A stretch of DNA of 64,000 bases, from positions 11,912 to 75,911 of the forward strand of contig CAYZOF010000002.1 in the NCBI GenBank assembly GCA_964479935.1, in the 5' to 3' direction. This DNA comes from an uncultured Clostridia bacterium (GTDB lineage: Bacteria; Bacillota; Clostridia; Christensenellales; Borkfalkiaceae). Every line of letters begins with the position of its first letter. Within the stretch, counting starts at the first letter, position 1. Both the position numbers and the translations under genes were made by a program. The notes below the pieces were generated by a model. The model had not been told where the DNA came from. It worked only from the letters and a program-made list of their open reading frames with translations, and ran no database searches. Positions 20,531 to 29,779 of this stretch are shown here, in pieces.

Positions 20531-20580
20531 AAAGCTGTCCGAACAAAACGTTTCGGGCGGCTTTTGTTTATTGTTTTTTT
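20531..20580 (+). terminator. rho-independent terminator after recA
   Basis: AAAGCTGTCCGAA-caaaacg-TTTCGGGCGGCTTT. The 13-bp stem includes two G-U pairs and is followed by a T-rich run ending in TTTTTTT. Confidence 0.7.
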
Positions 20581-20715
20581 GGAAAAATAGTTTTATGACG
20601 ATGGTTGTATTGCGCTCCGAGAGAGTGCTTTAAGGGCAGAAATGACCGCAGACGATATTTTTTCGGCATTTTAATAAATTATTTCAGGATATTGGAAACA
20701 ATTTCAAATCAAACA

Positions 20716-20744
20716 ATTGACATTTTGTGAAAAATATTGTAAAA
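20716..20744 (+). promoter_or_regulatory. promoter for rny
   Basis: TTGACA (20716..20721) - 17 nt - TAAAAT (20739..20744). Leaves a leader of ~90 nt. Confidence 0.55.
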
Positions 20745-20836
20745 TAGTATAGATAGAAAAAATTATAAGTCGAATTATTCGTCAATTCGTAAAAATAATG
20801 GCTTTATCAATTTAATTTTAACGCAGGAGGCACAAA

Positions 20837-22450
20837 ATGCACAATATTAATTTGAGCGTCCTGTTTCTCACAGGGATGCCCGTTGTTTTGGGTGTCATAT
20901 TCGCTATCGTAGCGCTTGGTGTCGGTTTGTCCGTCGGATTCGTCGTATACAAGCAGACGACGGAAAAGAAAGTCGGGTCTGCAGACGAAAGAGTCCGTAA
21001 GATCGTAAGCGATGCGGAAGCGGAAGCGGAGCGTATTAAAACGCAGGGCAAAGAAGAGAGCAAAAGAGCGTTAAAAGAAGCTCTTTTGGAAGCGAAGGAA
21101 CAGGACTTAAAATTAAGAAACGAATTCGAGCGTGAAAGCAAGGAAAAGAAAGCGGAGCTTCAGCGCATGGAACAGCGTTTGACGCAAAAAGAAGATACGT
21201 TGGACAAGAAGACGGAATCGCTCGAACAGCAAAAGAACAATCTTTCGAAGAAAGAAGACGAAGTTCGAGTTTTGCAAGAAAAACTCAATTCGCAACACGA
21301 ATTGATGATTCAAGAACTCGAAAAGGTAGCGCAACTTACGAAAGAAGAAGCAAAACGCTTGTTGACGGAAGAGATTTTAGACAGTACGCGTCACGATATA
21401 GCGATTCAAGTTCGTAATATGGAACAACAGGCGAAAGACGAAGCGGATGTCAATGCAAAGAAGATCGTCGCGCTCGCTATTCAGAAATGCGCGGCGGATC
21501 AAGCGTCCGAAATTACAGTTTCCGTCGTACCGTTGCCGAACGATGATATGAAGGCGCGTATTATCGGCAGAGAAGGGAGAAATATTCGAGCATTGGAAAA
21601 TGCTACGGGTATCGAATTGATCATTGACGATACTCCTGAAGTAGTTATTTTGTCAGGTTTCGACCCTGTCAGACGTGAAATAGCGCGTTTGTCGTTGGAA
21701 AAACTGATTAATGACGGACGTATTCATCCGGCTCGTATCGAGGAGACAGTAGAAAAAGTTGCTCGCGAAATGGATATTCAAATCAAAGAGGCAGGTGAAG
21801 CCGCCGTATTCGAAGCCGGAATTTTCGGCTTGCATCCGGAGCTGATTAAGTTGATCGGTCGCTTGAAATTCAGAACAAGCTACGGGCAGAACGTTTATAA
21901 GCATTCCGTAGAAGTTTCCATGCTCGCAGGGCAGATGGCGGCAGAACTCGGTTTGGACGTGAATTTTGCAAAACGCGCAGGTTTGTTGCACGATATCGGC
22001 AAAGCGGTCGATCAGGAACAGGAAGGCACGCATATACAAATCGGTGCGGATTTGGCAAAGAAATATAAAGAAAATGCGAATATTGTCAACGCGATTATGG
22101 CGCATCACGGCGATATAGAACCTAAAACGATTGAAGCGGTGTTGATTCAAGCCGCCGACGCGATTTCGGGTGCTCGTCCCGGAGCGAGACGCGAAATGGG
22201 AACGAATTACGTGAAACGTCTTGAAAAATTGGAAGAGATTGCTTCCGGTTTCAGTGGCGTGGAAAAGAGTTATGCGATTCAGGCAGGACGCGAGATTCGC
22301 GTTATGGTAAAACCCGAGCAGGTAGACGATGCGCAGGCGTTGTTCTTGGCGAAAGACATCGCAAAAAAGATCGAAACCGAATTGGAATATCCCGGACAGA
22401 TCAAGGTCAATGTCATTCGCGAATTCCGCGGCGTAGAATACGCGAAATAA
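20837..22450 (+). CDS. rny: ribonuclease Y
   Basis: N-terminal TM helix, long K/E-rich coiled coil, KH domain ([15 protein letters not shown]) and HD domain (LLHDIGKA). AGGAGG lies 6 nt upstream of the ATG. Confidence 0.95.
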   Translation: MHNINLSVLFLTGMPVVLGVIFAIVALGVGLSVGFVVYKQTTEKKVGSADERVRKIVSDAEAEAERIKTQGKEESKRALKEALLEAKEQDLKLRNEFERESKEKKAELQRMEQRLTQKEDTLDKKTESLEQQKNNLSKKEDEVRVLQEKLNSQHELMIQELEKVAQLTKEEAKRLLTEEILDSTRHDIAIQVRNMEQQAKDEADVNAKKIVALAIQKCAADQASEITVSVVPLPNDDMKARIIGREGRNIRALENATGIELIIDDTPEVVILSGFDPVRREIARLSLEKLINDGRIHPARIEETVEKVAREMDIQIKEAGEAAVFEAGIFGLHPELIKLIGRLKFRTSYGQNVYKHSVEVSMLAGQMAAELGLDVNFAKRAGLLHDIGKAVDQEQEGTHIQIGADLAKKYKENANIVNAIMAHHGDIEPKTIEAVLIQAADAISGARPGARREMGTNYVKRLEKLEEIASGFSGVEKSYAIQAGREIRVMVKPEQVDDAQALFLAKDIAKKIETELEYPGQIKVNVIREFRGVEYAK

Positions 22451-22464
22451 TTCACAAATTAAGG

Positions 22465-22500
22465 GGAGTTGTCGCAAAGCGGCAGCTCCTTAAAATTTTC
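22465..22500 (+). terminator. terminator-like hairpin after rny
   Basis: GGAGTTGTCGC-aaa-GCGGCAGCTCC followed by ttaaaatttt. The T tract is weak. Confidence 0.5.
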
Positions 22501-22541
22501 TAAAAAAATAAAAATTTTTTCAAAAAAAGACATGCTTCGGC

Positions 22542-22570
22542 TTGACATTTTAATCTTTTTTTTGTATACT
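22542..22570 (+). promoter_or_regulatory. promoter for tRNA-Thr
   Basis: TTGACA (22542..22547) - 17 nt - TATACT (22565..22570). The tRNA starts 23 nt downstream. Confidence 0.6.
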
Positions 22571-22592
22571 AATATAGTAAGTCTTATGAATA

Positions 22593-22668
<76 letters not shown>

Positions 22669-22675
22669 AAAAATG

Positions 22676-22709
22676 CTCATTCGATAGTCAGTCGAATGGG
22701 TATTTTTTT
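22676..22709 (+). terminator. rho-independent terminator after tRNA-Thr
   Basis: CTCATTCGA-tagtcag-TCGAATGGG followed by tattttttt. Confidence 0.65.
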
Positions 22710-22710
22710 G

Positions 22711-22741
22711 ATGCGTCCATACGAGGTCGGCATGAGGACGC
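22711..22741 (+). repeat. degenerate copy of the tRNA-Thr anticodon-stem/variable region
   Basis: The 11-mer acgaggtcggc (22721..22731) is identical to tRNA positions 22633..22643. It is flanked by gcgtcc/ggacgc, as in the tRNA anticodon stem. Confidence 0.5.
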
Positions 22742-22929
22742 TACGCTATGCCGTTGCTGTACTCCTTACAAATTCGTCTAGTATTTCCATAAGGAAAGCA
22801 TAGATTTGATTCGATAAGCATCAGACCTTTTTCTTTTTTACGGTTCGGATCGGGCATAGCGTCATAATAAAAAAGTTCGATAACGACCGTCGAGCACCGC
22901 AACGCTCAACCATCATTATAGAACTTCAA

Positions 22930-23787
22930 TTATTCGCCGAATTTGTTTTCCAAGAATCGTTTGACATCGTAACCTTGTCGATATAACAGATATGTGGTGA
23001 TGTTCGGGGCAGAAAAATCGTTTAGCCGAACTTCTTCCAAAACACCTCTTTCCAGTTTATCCTTGACCATTTTATACGGTAAAAAGGAATAACCTAATCC
23101 GTTTTCAAGGTAGGGGAACAGCTTGGAGGAATTGTCAACGTCCAATCGGAAAATATGATTTTTCGGAAAGAGCGAGCGGATGAACACGCCTGCGTCGCTC
23201 AACGTGAAGTCGCACATCAGATAGGGGAGTTTGCTCAACTGCTCTTTCGTTACTCCGTCGCGATATTCGTTCATGCCTTTTTTGCAGACGAGCGCGGTGC
23301 GATCCGTATCGTAGACGTCACAGATAAATCCTGTGCGTTTCAACGGAATTGCCGAAAAGACGACGTCTAACATATTATCTTGTAATAGCTGGATTAAATC
23401 GAGCGAATGTCCCAACATAACTTTTACCGAGGTGACGGTATTGTTTTTCAAGCATTCGTCCACCAACGGTTTTACATAGACTTCGTAAGTCGCGTTGATC
23501 GCGCCGACGGCAAACTTTCTGCTGTGACAAGAAAGTGCGTTCATTTCCTCGACGGAGGCGGATTCCAATTCCAAAATACGTTCCGCGTATCGCAAGAACA
23601 CTTTGCCTGCTTCCGTCAACGTAACGTTTTTCGAGCCGCGCGTAAACAATTTTTTGCCGACTTCTTTTTCCAATTCGCTGATGCGATTGGTCACGGTGGA
23701 TTGCGCAATGAACAGTTGTTCGGCTGCGAGAGTGAAATTTTTTACTTTGGAAAGGAAAATAAACGTTCTGAGTTCTTCTGTATTCAT
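22930..23787 (-). CDS. LysR-family transcriptional regulator
   Basis: N-terminal HTH FTLAAEQLFIAQSTVTNRISELEKEVG followed by a substrate-binding domain. Divergent from yggS. Confidence 0.9.
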   Translation of the reverse strand: MNTEELRTFIFLSKVKNFTLAAEQLFIAQSTVTNRISELEKEVGKKLFTRGSKNVTLTEAGKVFLRYAERILELESASVEEMNALSCHSRKFAVGAINATYEVYVKPLVDECLKNNTVTSVKVMLGHSLDLIQLLQDNMLDVVFSAIPLKRTGFICDVYDTDRTALVCKKGMNEYRDGVTKEQLSKLPYLMCDFTLSDAGVFIRSLFPKNHIFRLDVDNSSKLFPYLENGLGYSFLPYKMVKDKLERGVLEEVRLNDFSAPNITTYLLYRQGYDVKRFLENKFGE

Positions 23788-23874
23788 TAAAAAAACCGAT
23801 TATCCTTGTCGTTGTTATCTATTATATTAATTATACTTCTTTTTCGATAAAAAAGCAACAAAATAAACCTATCG

Positions 23875-23890
23875 TTTGTAAATTTACAAA
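23875..23890. promoter_or_regulatory. perfect 16-bp palindrome, candidate LysR-type operator in the lysR/yggS divergent region
   Basis: TTTGTAAATTTACAAA, 25 nt upstream of the yggS -35 box. Confidence 0.45.
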
Positions 23891-23915
23891 ACTTTTTGAA
23901 TTGTCACTCGTCGGA

Positions 23916-23944
23916 TTGACAAAACGAAAAAAATGGAGTATACT
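23916..23944 (+). promoter_or_regulatory. promoter for yggS
   Basis: TTGACA (23916..23921) - 17 nt - TATACT (23939..23944). Confidence 0.55.
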
Positions 23945-23978
23945 ATACAAAGAAAAACGCAAGAGGAGTGTTTTCAAT

Positions 23979-24653
23979 ATGCAGACAGAAATTACAGAGC
24001 GAATACGGGAATTGAAAAGGCAGCTCGCGTGCGGCAATAATTTCGGAGAAAAAATTACCTTGGTGGCGGCGACGAAAATGCAGTCCGTCGTGGCAATCAA
24101 CGAGGCAATCTCTGCGGGGGTAGATGCGATTGCGGAGAACAAACCGCAGGAATTTCGCGATAAAAACGAGTTCCTTTCGGCGTGTCCGCGACATTTTATC
24201 GGCCATTTGCAGACGAATAAAATCAAATATTTGCTCGGGAAAGTCGAGTTGTATCATTCCTGTGATCGCGAGGAGCTGGCGCAAGAGCTTGCTCGTCTGT
24301 CGGTAAAAAACGGTTTAACGTCGAACGTGTTGGTGCAAATCAATATCGGTGCGGAAACCTCTAAGAGCGGTTATGTCTACGAGGAAGCAAAAATTGTATA
24401 TGAGCGAATCGCGCGCACGGAGGGACTTTGCGCGAAAGGTTTTATGGCGATGTTGCCGGAGCTTGACGAAGAGGCGTATTTGCGTTCGCTCGTTAAGAAA
24501 ATGCGCGGTTTGTACGACTGGGCGAAGGACAATTTCCCCGATACGGAGTATTTATCCATGGGCATGAGCGGCGATTATAAGCTTTGCATCGAAGAGGGAA
24601 GTAATATGATTCGAGTCGGTTCGACTATATTCGGTCGACGAAATTACACTTAA
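23979..24653 (+). CDS. yggS: YggS-family pyridoxal-phosphate homeostasis protein
   Basis: LVAATKMQS (PLP lysine) and HFIGHLQTNK. ATG 23979 follows GAGGAG; the ORF-track start 23901 lies within the promoter. Confidence 0.88.
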   Translation: MQTEITERIRELKRQLACGNNFGEKITLVAATKMQSVVAINEAISAGVDAIAENKPQEFRDKNEFLSACPRHFIGHLQTNKIKYLLGKVELYHSCDREELAQELARLSVKNGLTSNVLVQINIGAETSKSGYVYEEAKIVYERIARTEGLCAKGFMAMLPELDEEAYLRSLVKKMRGLYDWAKDNFPDTEYLSMGMSGDYKLCIEEGSNMIRVGSTIFGRRNYT

Positions 24654-24665
24654 AAGGAGCAGAAT

Positions 24666-26252
24666 ATGCAGAATAAAGAACAAAGATCGAAATTCGGTTG
24701 GTATTACGTGTATTTGCTATTGGGCGCATTAAGCGTTTGGCTGCTTGTCAATCATATTGCCGGGTTCGAATATCCGCAATATTTTTACGAAAGCAATGAA
24801 GGAATTCAAAAGTACGCAGGAACAAACGTTGTTTCGCGTTGGGCGGATTTCAGCTATTTTACTTATCAAACGCTTATCTTTTTTGCGTTATGGCAGTTGT
24901 TGCTATTTATTTCCTATATGCTGAAATGGACAAAACTTCATCGTTTTTTAACGCACAGAGCGACGGTTGCGTTCATTTTGACGAATTATACGGTGACTTC
25001 GGTCATGTATACGATTTTCGAGTTATCGAGCGGAAATCCCACTTTCGGGTTGTATGCGTATACGAATTCCGCAATACATAACTTCGGTACGAATATTGTA
25101 ACGCATTACGTATTGTATATTTGCGCGCTCGTCATTGGCTTATCGATCGAAACGCATGGAAAATTAAATAAAAAGCATGTCGCACTGTTTATCTTTTATT
25201 TGATTGCATACTGCGTGGCGGTGAAATTGACGGGCATGTATTGCTATGACATCGAATGGTATCCATATGAAATTTTCGATGCGGAAATGACGTGGCATCT
25301 GTTTTTTAGAGCGACGTATGATAGAACTCTCAGTTACGTATTTCTTGCCGCAATCGGAGTAATATCTCTTTGTTTATATTGCCTGTTTTTGCATTGCTTT
25401 TCAGTGCTGGAGACGAAACGTTGTGTGAATTCTTATATGAAGCAGTTGAACGATACAAAACCAGACGGATACGCGTTAGTTACGGGGGCGACGGGCGGAT
25501 TGGGAAAAGCGTTCGTTTTTGCATTGGCAAAGCGCGGATACGACTTGTTGTTGACGGGTCGAAGCGAAGAAAAATTGCAGGCACTTCGGGAGCAAGCCAA
25601 GGCGATGTATCCGTCTGTAAAAGTATGGATTTTTGAGGCGGATTTGGCAGACGAGGGGAGCAGGTATGCGTTGACGTCTAAAATTTCGGCGCACGGATTT
25701 AAAATTTCTCTACTCGCGAACGTTGCCGGCGCAGATATTCAAAAAGTTTTTTCATCGTATACACAAGAAAAAATTGCTTTTCAATGTCGGTTGAATTTTG
25801 AAGCGGCGGTTTCCATGTGTCGATTTGCGCTCGAACGAAAAGCGGCTTCCTTAAAAATTATCAATATTTCCAGCGTTTCGGGAATTTATCCGATGCCGTA
25901 TTTCGCGGTTTACAGCGCTACGAAGTCCGCGCTTACTTCTTTTTCCGTTGCTTTGCGCGAAGAAGAAAAGGACGAAAATGTTTCCGTAACGGCAATTTTG
26001 CCGGGGGCAATACCTACAAGAGAAGACATTAAGGAGCAAATCAAGGGGCAAGGCTTATGGGGAAAATTGGCGGCAAAATCACCGGAACGCGTGGCGGAGG
26101 CGGCATTAAAAGCCGTTTATAAGAATAAGCCTAAGGTCATTGTCGGTTTTTGGAATAAAGCGATGCGCGTTTGCACTTGTTGGTTGCCGACTTCTTGGCG
26201 ACTCACCTTCATCGCGAAGCGTTGGCGAAAGATATCCAAAGACGCTTTTTAA
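24666..26252 (+). CDS. fusion protein: N-terminal ~250-aa polytopic membrane domain + C-terminal short-chain dehydrogenase/reductase
   Basis: About 6-7 hydrophobic helices in aa 10-250, then the SDR motifs VTGATGGLGKAF and YSATKSAL. Confidence 0.8.
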   Translation: MQNKEQRSKFGWYYVYLLLGALSVWLLVNHIAGFEYPQYFYESNEGIQKYAGTNVVSRWADFSYFTYQTLIFFALWQLLLFISYMLKWTKLHRFLTHRATVAFILTNYTVTSVMYTIFELSSGNPTFGLYAYTNSAIHNFGTNIVTHYVLYICALVIGLSIETHGKLNKKHVALFIFYLIAYCVAVKLTGMYCYDIEWYPYEIFDAEMTWHLFFRATYDRTLSYVFLAAIGVISLCLYCLFLHCFSVLETKRCVNSYMKQLNDTKPDGYALVTGATGGLGKAFVFALAKRGYDLLLTGRSEEKLQALREQAKAMYPSVKVWIFEADLADEGSRYALTSKISAHGFKISLLANVAGADIQKVFSSYTQEKIAFQCRLNFEAAVSMCRFALERKAASLKIINISSVSGIYPMPYFAVYSATKSALTSFSVALREEEKDENVSVTAILPGAIPTREDIKEQIKGQGLWGKLAAKSPERVAEAALKAVYKNKPKVIVGFWNKAMRVCTCWLPTSWRLTFIAKRWRKISKDAF

Positions 26253-26282
26253 CGGGGTGAGTTCTATTGCTGTCAAAGAAAG

Positions 26283-26312
26283 AACGTTCGAACGGCGGTT
26301 CGGGCGTTTTTT
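26283..26312 (+). terminator. rho-independent terminator after the membrane-SDR gene
   Basis: AACGTTCGAAC-ggcg-GTTCGGGCGTT (11 bp, with G-U pairs) followed by tttt. Confidence 0.65.
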
Positions 26313-26353
26313 ATGCTCGCGGCGTATTATCTCAAAAAAGCCAAGGAAAACCC

Positions 26354-26382
26354 TTGACAAATTCTCTTTAGTTTGCTATAAT
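26354..26382 (+). promoter_or_regulatory. promoter for the citrate synthase-aconitase-icd operon
   Basis: TTGACA (26354..26359) - 17 nt - TATAAT (26377..26382). Confidence 0.6.
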
Positions 26383-26438
26383 CGAATAAATAGATTTTTA
26401 AGCAACTTTCAATCAGAAAGTCGAATGAGAGGAAAGGA

Positions 26439-27839
26439 ATGATTGAATTTAATCCCATGAGTAATTTATTGGAACAAGACCAATATAAATACGATTTGCA
26501 AGATGTTGAAAATCCCAATCTCTTTCGGGATATTTATCCGTATGACGAAGTCCCTAAAACGTCTTTCAATCATCGGCGCGTGCCGATGAACATGCCTAAG
26601 GAAATTTGGATTACGGATACGACGTTTCGCGACGGACAGCAGTCGCGCGCACCGTACACGGCAGAACAGATCGTGGACATTTATAAGTTGATTGCACGGC
26701 TCGGCGGACCGAAAGGAATCATTCGCCAAAGCGAATTTTTCGTATATACGAAAAAAGATCGCGACGCTTTGGAACGCTGTATGTCGCTCGGTTATAAATT
26801 CCCGGAAATAACGACGTGGATTCGCGCGAAAAAAGAGGACTTTGACCTTGTGCGCAATATCGGAATCAAAGAAACGGGAATTTTGGTCAGTTGTTCGGAT
26901 TATCATATTTTCAAAAAACTGAATATGACGAGAAGACAGGCATTTGATTATTATCTCGGCGTAGTAAAACAGGCTTTTGAGGCAGGCGTTTCGCCGCGCT
27001 GTCATTTGGAGGACTTAACGCGCGCCGATTTGTACGGTTTCGTCGTGCCGTTCGTCAACGCATTGGTGGAGCTTTCTCACGAGTCGAATATTCCCGTTAA
27101 AATTCGTATGTGCGATACGATGGGTTACGGCGTTCCGTTTACGGGCGCGGCGCCTCCGCGGAGCGTTCCCGGTTTGGTTTACGGGTTGCACCACTATTCG
27201 GACGTCACGTCGGAAATGTTGGAATGGCACGGGCATAACGATTTCTATATGGGCGTCGCGAATGCCGTCAGTGCGTGGCTTTTCGGCGCGAGCGCGGTCA
27301 ATTGCTCCTTACTCGGAATAGGCGAACGTACCGGCAACGTTCCCACGGAAGCGATGGTCATGCAATACGCGTCTTTGCGCGGAACGTTGGACGGTATGGA
27401 TACGACCGCGATTACGGACATTGCGGAATACTTCCGTAAGGTTCTTGGTTATGACGTTCCGCCGATGACGCCGTTCGTGGGGAGCGCGTTCAATTTGACG
27501 AGAGCCGGTGTACATGCGGATGGCATGATGAAAGACGCAGAGATTTATAATATTTTCGATACGGAAAAAATTCTCAACCGTCCTGCTGAAGTTTCCGTTT
27601 CTAATACGTCGGGGTTGGCAGGAATCGCCTATTGGCTCAATAAGCATTATAAACTTTCGCCGGAGCAACAGGTCGGCAAACAGGATCTGCTCGTACAAGA
27701 AATGAAGTCACGGATCGATGCGTTATATGCCGACGGAAGAACGACCGTAATGGGCGAGGCGGAATTGGAAAATTTGGTGAGAGTATGCGCAAAAGACCTT
27801 CATTGCGAGGCAAGTTATTTAACGCGTACGGGAGAATAA
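26439..27839 (+). CDS. homocitrate/isopropylmalate-synthase-family enzyme, probable Re-citrate synthase
   Basis: DRE-TIM metallolyase motifs ITDTTFRDGQQS and HGHNDFYMGVANAV. Heads an operon with aconitase and isocitrate dehydrogenase. Confidence 0.7.
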   Translation: MIEFNPMSNLLEQDQYKYDLQDVENPNLFRDIYPYDEVPKTSFNHRRVPMNMPKEIWITDTTFRDGQQSRAPYTAEQIVDIYKLIARLGGPKGIIRQSEFFVYTKKDRDALERCMSLGYKFPEITTWIRAKKEDFDLVRNIGIKETGILVSCSDYHIFKKLNMTRRQAFDYYLGVVKQAFEAGVSPRCHLEDLTRADLYGFVVPFVNALVELSHESNIPVKIRMCDTMGYGVPFTGAAPPRSVPGLVYGLHHYSDVTSEMLEWHGHNDFYMGVANAVSAWLFGASAVNCSLLGIGERTGNVPTEAMVMQYASLRGTLDGMDTTAITDIAEYFRKVLGYDVPPMTPFVGSAFNLTRAGVHADGMMKDAEIYNIFDTEKILNRPAEVSVSNTSGLAGIAYWLNKHYKLSPEQQVGKQDLLVQEMKSRIDALYADGRTTVMGEAELENLVRVCAKDLHCEASYLTRTGE

Positions 27840-27843
27840 TTAT

Positions 27844-29778
27844 ATGGGGTATACGATATCGCAAAAAATCATAAAAAATCACCTTGTCAGCGGTGAAATG
27901 AAGACTGGGAGCGAAATTGGCTTGAAAATCGATCAAACGCTCACGCAGGACGCTACGGGAACGATGGCGTATTTGCAATTTGAGGCAATGGGAATCGATC
28001 GTGTTAAGACCGAACTTTCCGTTGCGTACATCGACCATAATACGTTGCAGGCAGGTTTCGAAAACGCGGACGATCACCGCTACATTCAGACGGTTGCAAA
28101 AAAACACGGGATTCGCTTTTCTCGTCCGGGAAACGGCATTTGCCACCAAGTGCATTTGGAGCGTTTTTCAAAACCCGGCAAGACCCTGATCGGATCGGAT
28201 TCGCATACGCCCACGGCAGGCGGAATCGGTATGCTCGGTATGGGGGCAGGCGGTTTGGACGTTGCTGTGGCAATGGGCGGTGGAACGTATTATATCACCA
28301 TGCCGAAAACGATTAAGGTTGAGTTGACGAGCAAACTTCCCGATTACGTCGGCGCAAAAGACGTGATTTTGGAGGTGCTTCGTTTGCTCGGGGTTAAAGG
28401 CGGCGTCGGCGCAATCGTCGAATACGTCGGCGACGGCGTAAAGACTTTGTCCGTGCCGCAAAGGGCGACGATTACCAATATGGGCGCAGAGCTTGGCGCG
28501 ACGTCTTCGATTTTTCCGTCTGACGAAATCACTCGGCAGTTTTTGAAAGCTGAAGCTCGGGAATCGGATTGGACGGAGCTTTCCGCAGATGCGGACGCGG
28601 AGTACGATGAGTCGTACACAGTGGATTTGAGTGCTTTGCGACCTTTGGCGGCTTGTCCGCACAGTCCCGATAACGTAAAACCCGTTTCCGAATTGAGCGG
28701 TATGAAAATCAACCAAATATGTATCGGTTCTTGTACCAATTCGTCTTTGGCGGACTTATTGACAGTTGCGACGATGCTTAAAGGAAAGACGGTGCATCCC
28801 GATGTCAGTCTGTCCGTTTCGCCGGGGTCAAAACAGGTGTACACGATGTTGGCGGAGTGCGGAGCGTTGGCGGATTTGATTGCCGCCGGCGCAAGAATTT
28901 TGGAGTGCGCGTGCGGTCCTTGTATCGGCATGGGATTTTCGCCTCAATCGGCAGGAATCAGTTTGCGTACCTTTAATCGAAACTTTTTGGCGCGTAGCGG
29001 TACGGCGGACGCGCAAGTATATCTTGTTTCGCCGGAAACGGCGGCTGCTTCGGCGATAACGGGCGTATTTACCGACCCGACGACGCTCGGATCTGCGCCT
29101 GCTTTGGATTTGCCCGATACGTTTAAGATCAACGATAATTTGATTGAATTGCCGATCGAGGCGGCTCGCATGGACGAAGTGATCGTGGAACGCGGTCCGA
29201 ATATTAAACCGATTCCCGTGGGGAAAGCTCCGGACGAAACGCTTTCCTGCGAATTGATTTTGAAAGTCGGCGATAATATCACGACCGACCATATCATGCC
29301 GGCAGGGACGAAAGTTTTGCCTTACCGCTCCAACGTGCCGAAACTTTCGGAATTCTGCTTTACGGTATGCGATAAAGAATTTCCCGAGCGCGCGAACGCG
29401 AAGGGCGGTGGAGTCATTTTAGGAGGAGCGAATTACGGACAAGGTTCCTCGCGAGAGCATGCCGCACTCGTGCCTCTGTACTTAGGAATAAAAGCGGTCG
29501 TGGCGAAGAGTTTTGCGCGTATCCACGTGGCAAATTTGATTAATTTCGGTATCGTGCCGATGACTTTACAAAATCCCGTGGATTACGAAAAATTTAACGA
29601 GGGTGATCAATTGGAAATTTGCGGTTTTTCCGAGACGGTCGCTTCGGCGACAGAGGCTACACTCGTTAATAAAACAAATGGCGCGTCGGCAAAACTTTCC
29701 TTGAATTTATCCGATCGTCAAAGAAAAATATTACTGGCAGGCGGTTGCTTGAATTACACGAAACAGGAGAAAAAGTAA
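27844..29778 (+). CDS. aconitate hydratase (single-chain, ~640-aa type)
   Basis: Fe-S ligand contexts IGSCTNSS and CGPCIGMG. The swivel domain is at the C-terminus (GANYGQGSSREHAA). Confidence 0.9.
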   Translation: MGYTISQKIIKNHLVSGEMKTGSEIGLKIDQTLTQDATGTMAYLQFEAMGIDRVKTELSVAYIDHNTLQAGFENADDHRYIQTVAKKHGIRFSRPGNGICHQVHLERFSKPGKTLIGSDSHTPTAGGIGMLGMGAGGLDVAVAMGGGTYYITMPKTIKVELTSKLPDYVGAKDVILEVLRLLGVKGGVGAIVEYVGDGVKTLSVPQRATITNMGAELGATSSIFPSDEITRQFLKAEARESDWTELSADADAEYDESYTVDLSALRPLAACPHSPDNVKPVSELSGMKINQICIGSCTNSSLADLLTVATMLKGKTVHPDVSLSVSPGSKQVYTMLAECGALADLIAAGARILECACGPCIGMGFSPQSAGISLRTFNRNFLARSGTADAQVYLVSPETAAASAITGVFTDPTTLGSAPALDLPDTFKINDNLIELPIEAARMDEVIVERGPNIKPIPVGKAPDETLSCELILKVGDNITTDHIMPAGTKVLPYRSNVPKLSEFCFTVCDKEFPERANAKGGGVILGGANYGQGSSREHAALVPLYLGIKAVVAKSFARIHVANLINFGIVPMTLQNPVDYEKFNEGDQLEICGFSETVASATEATLVNKTNGASAKLSLNLSDRQRKILLAGGCLNYTKQEKK

Positions 29779-29779
29779 A

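Noticed and set aside
20581-20836. 256-nt AT-rich gap before rny, examined for a small RNA or riboswitch
   Set aside because: Only a consensus promoter (20716..20744) was found. There is no convincing conserved-looking structure that I could fold by eye.
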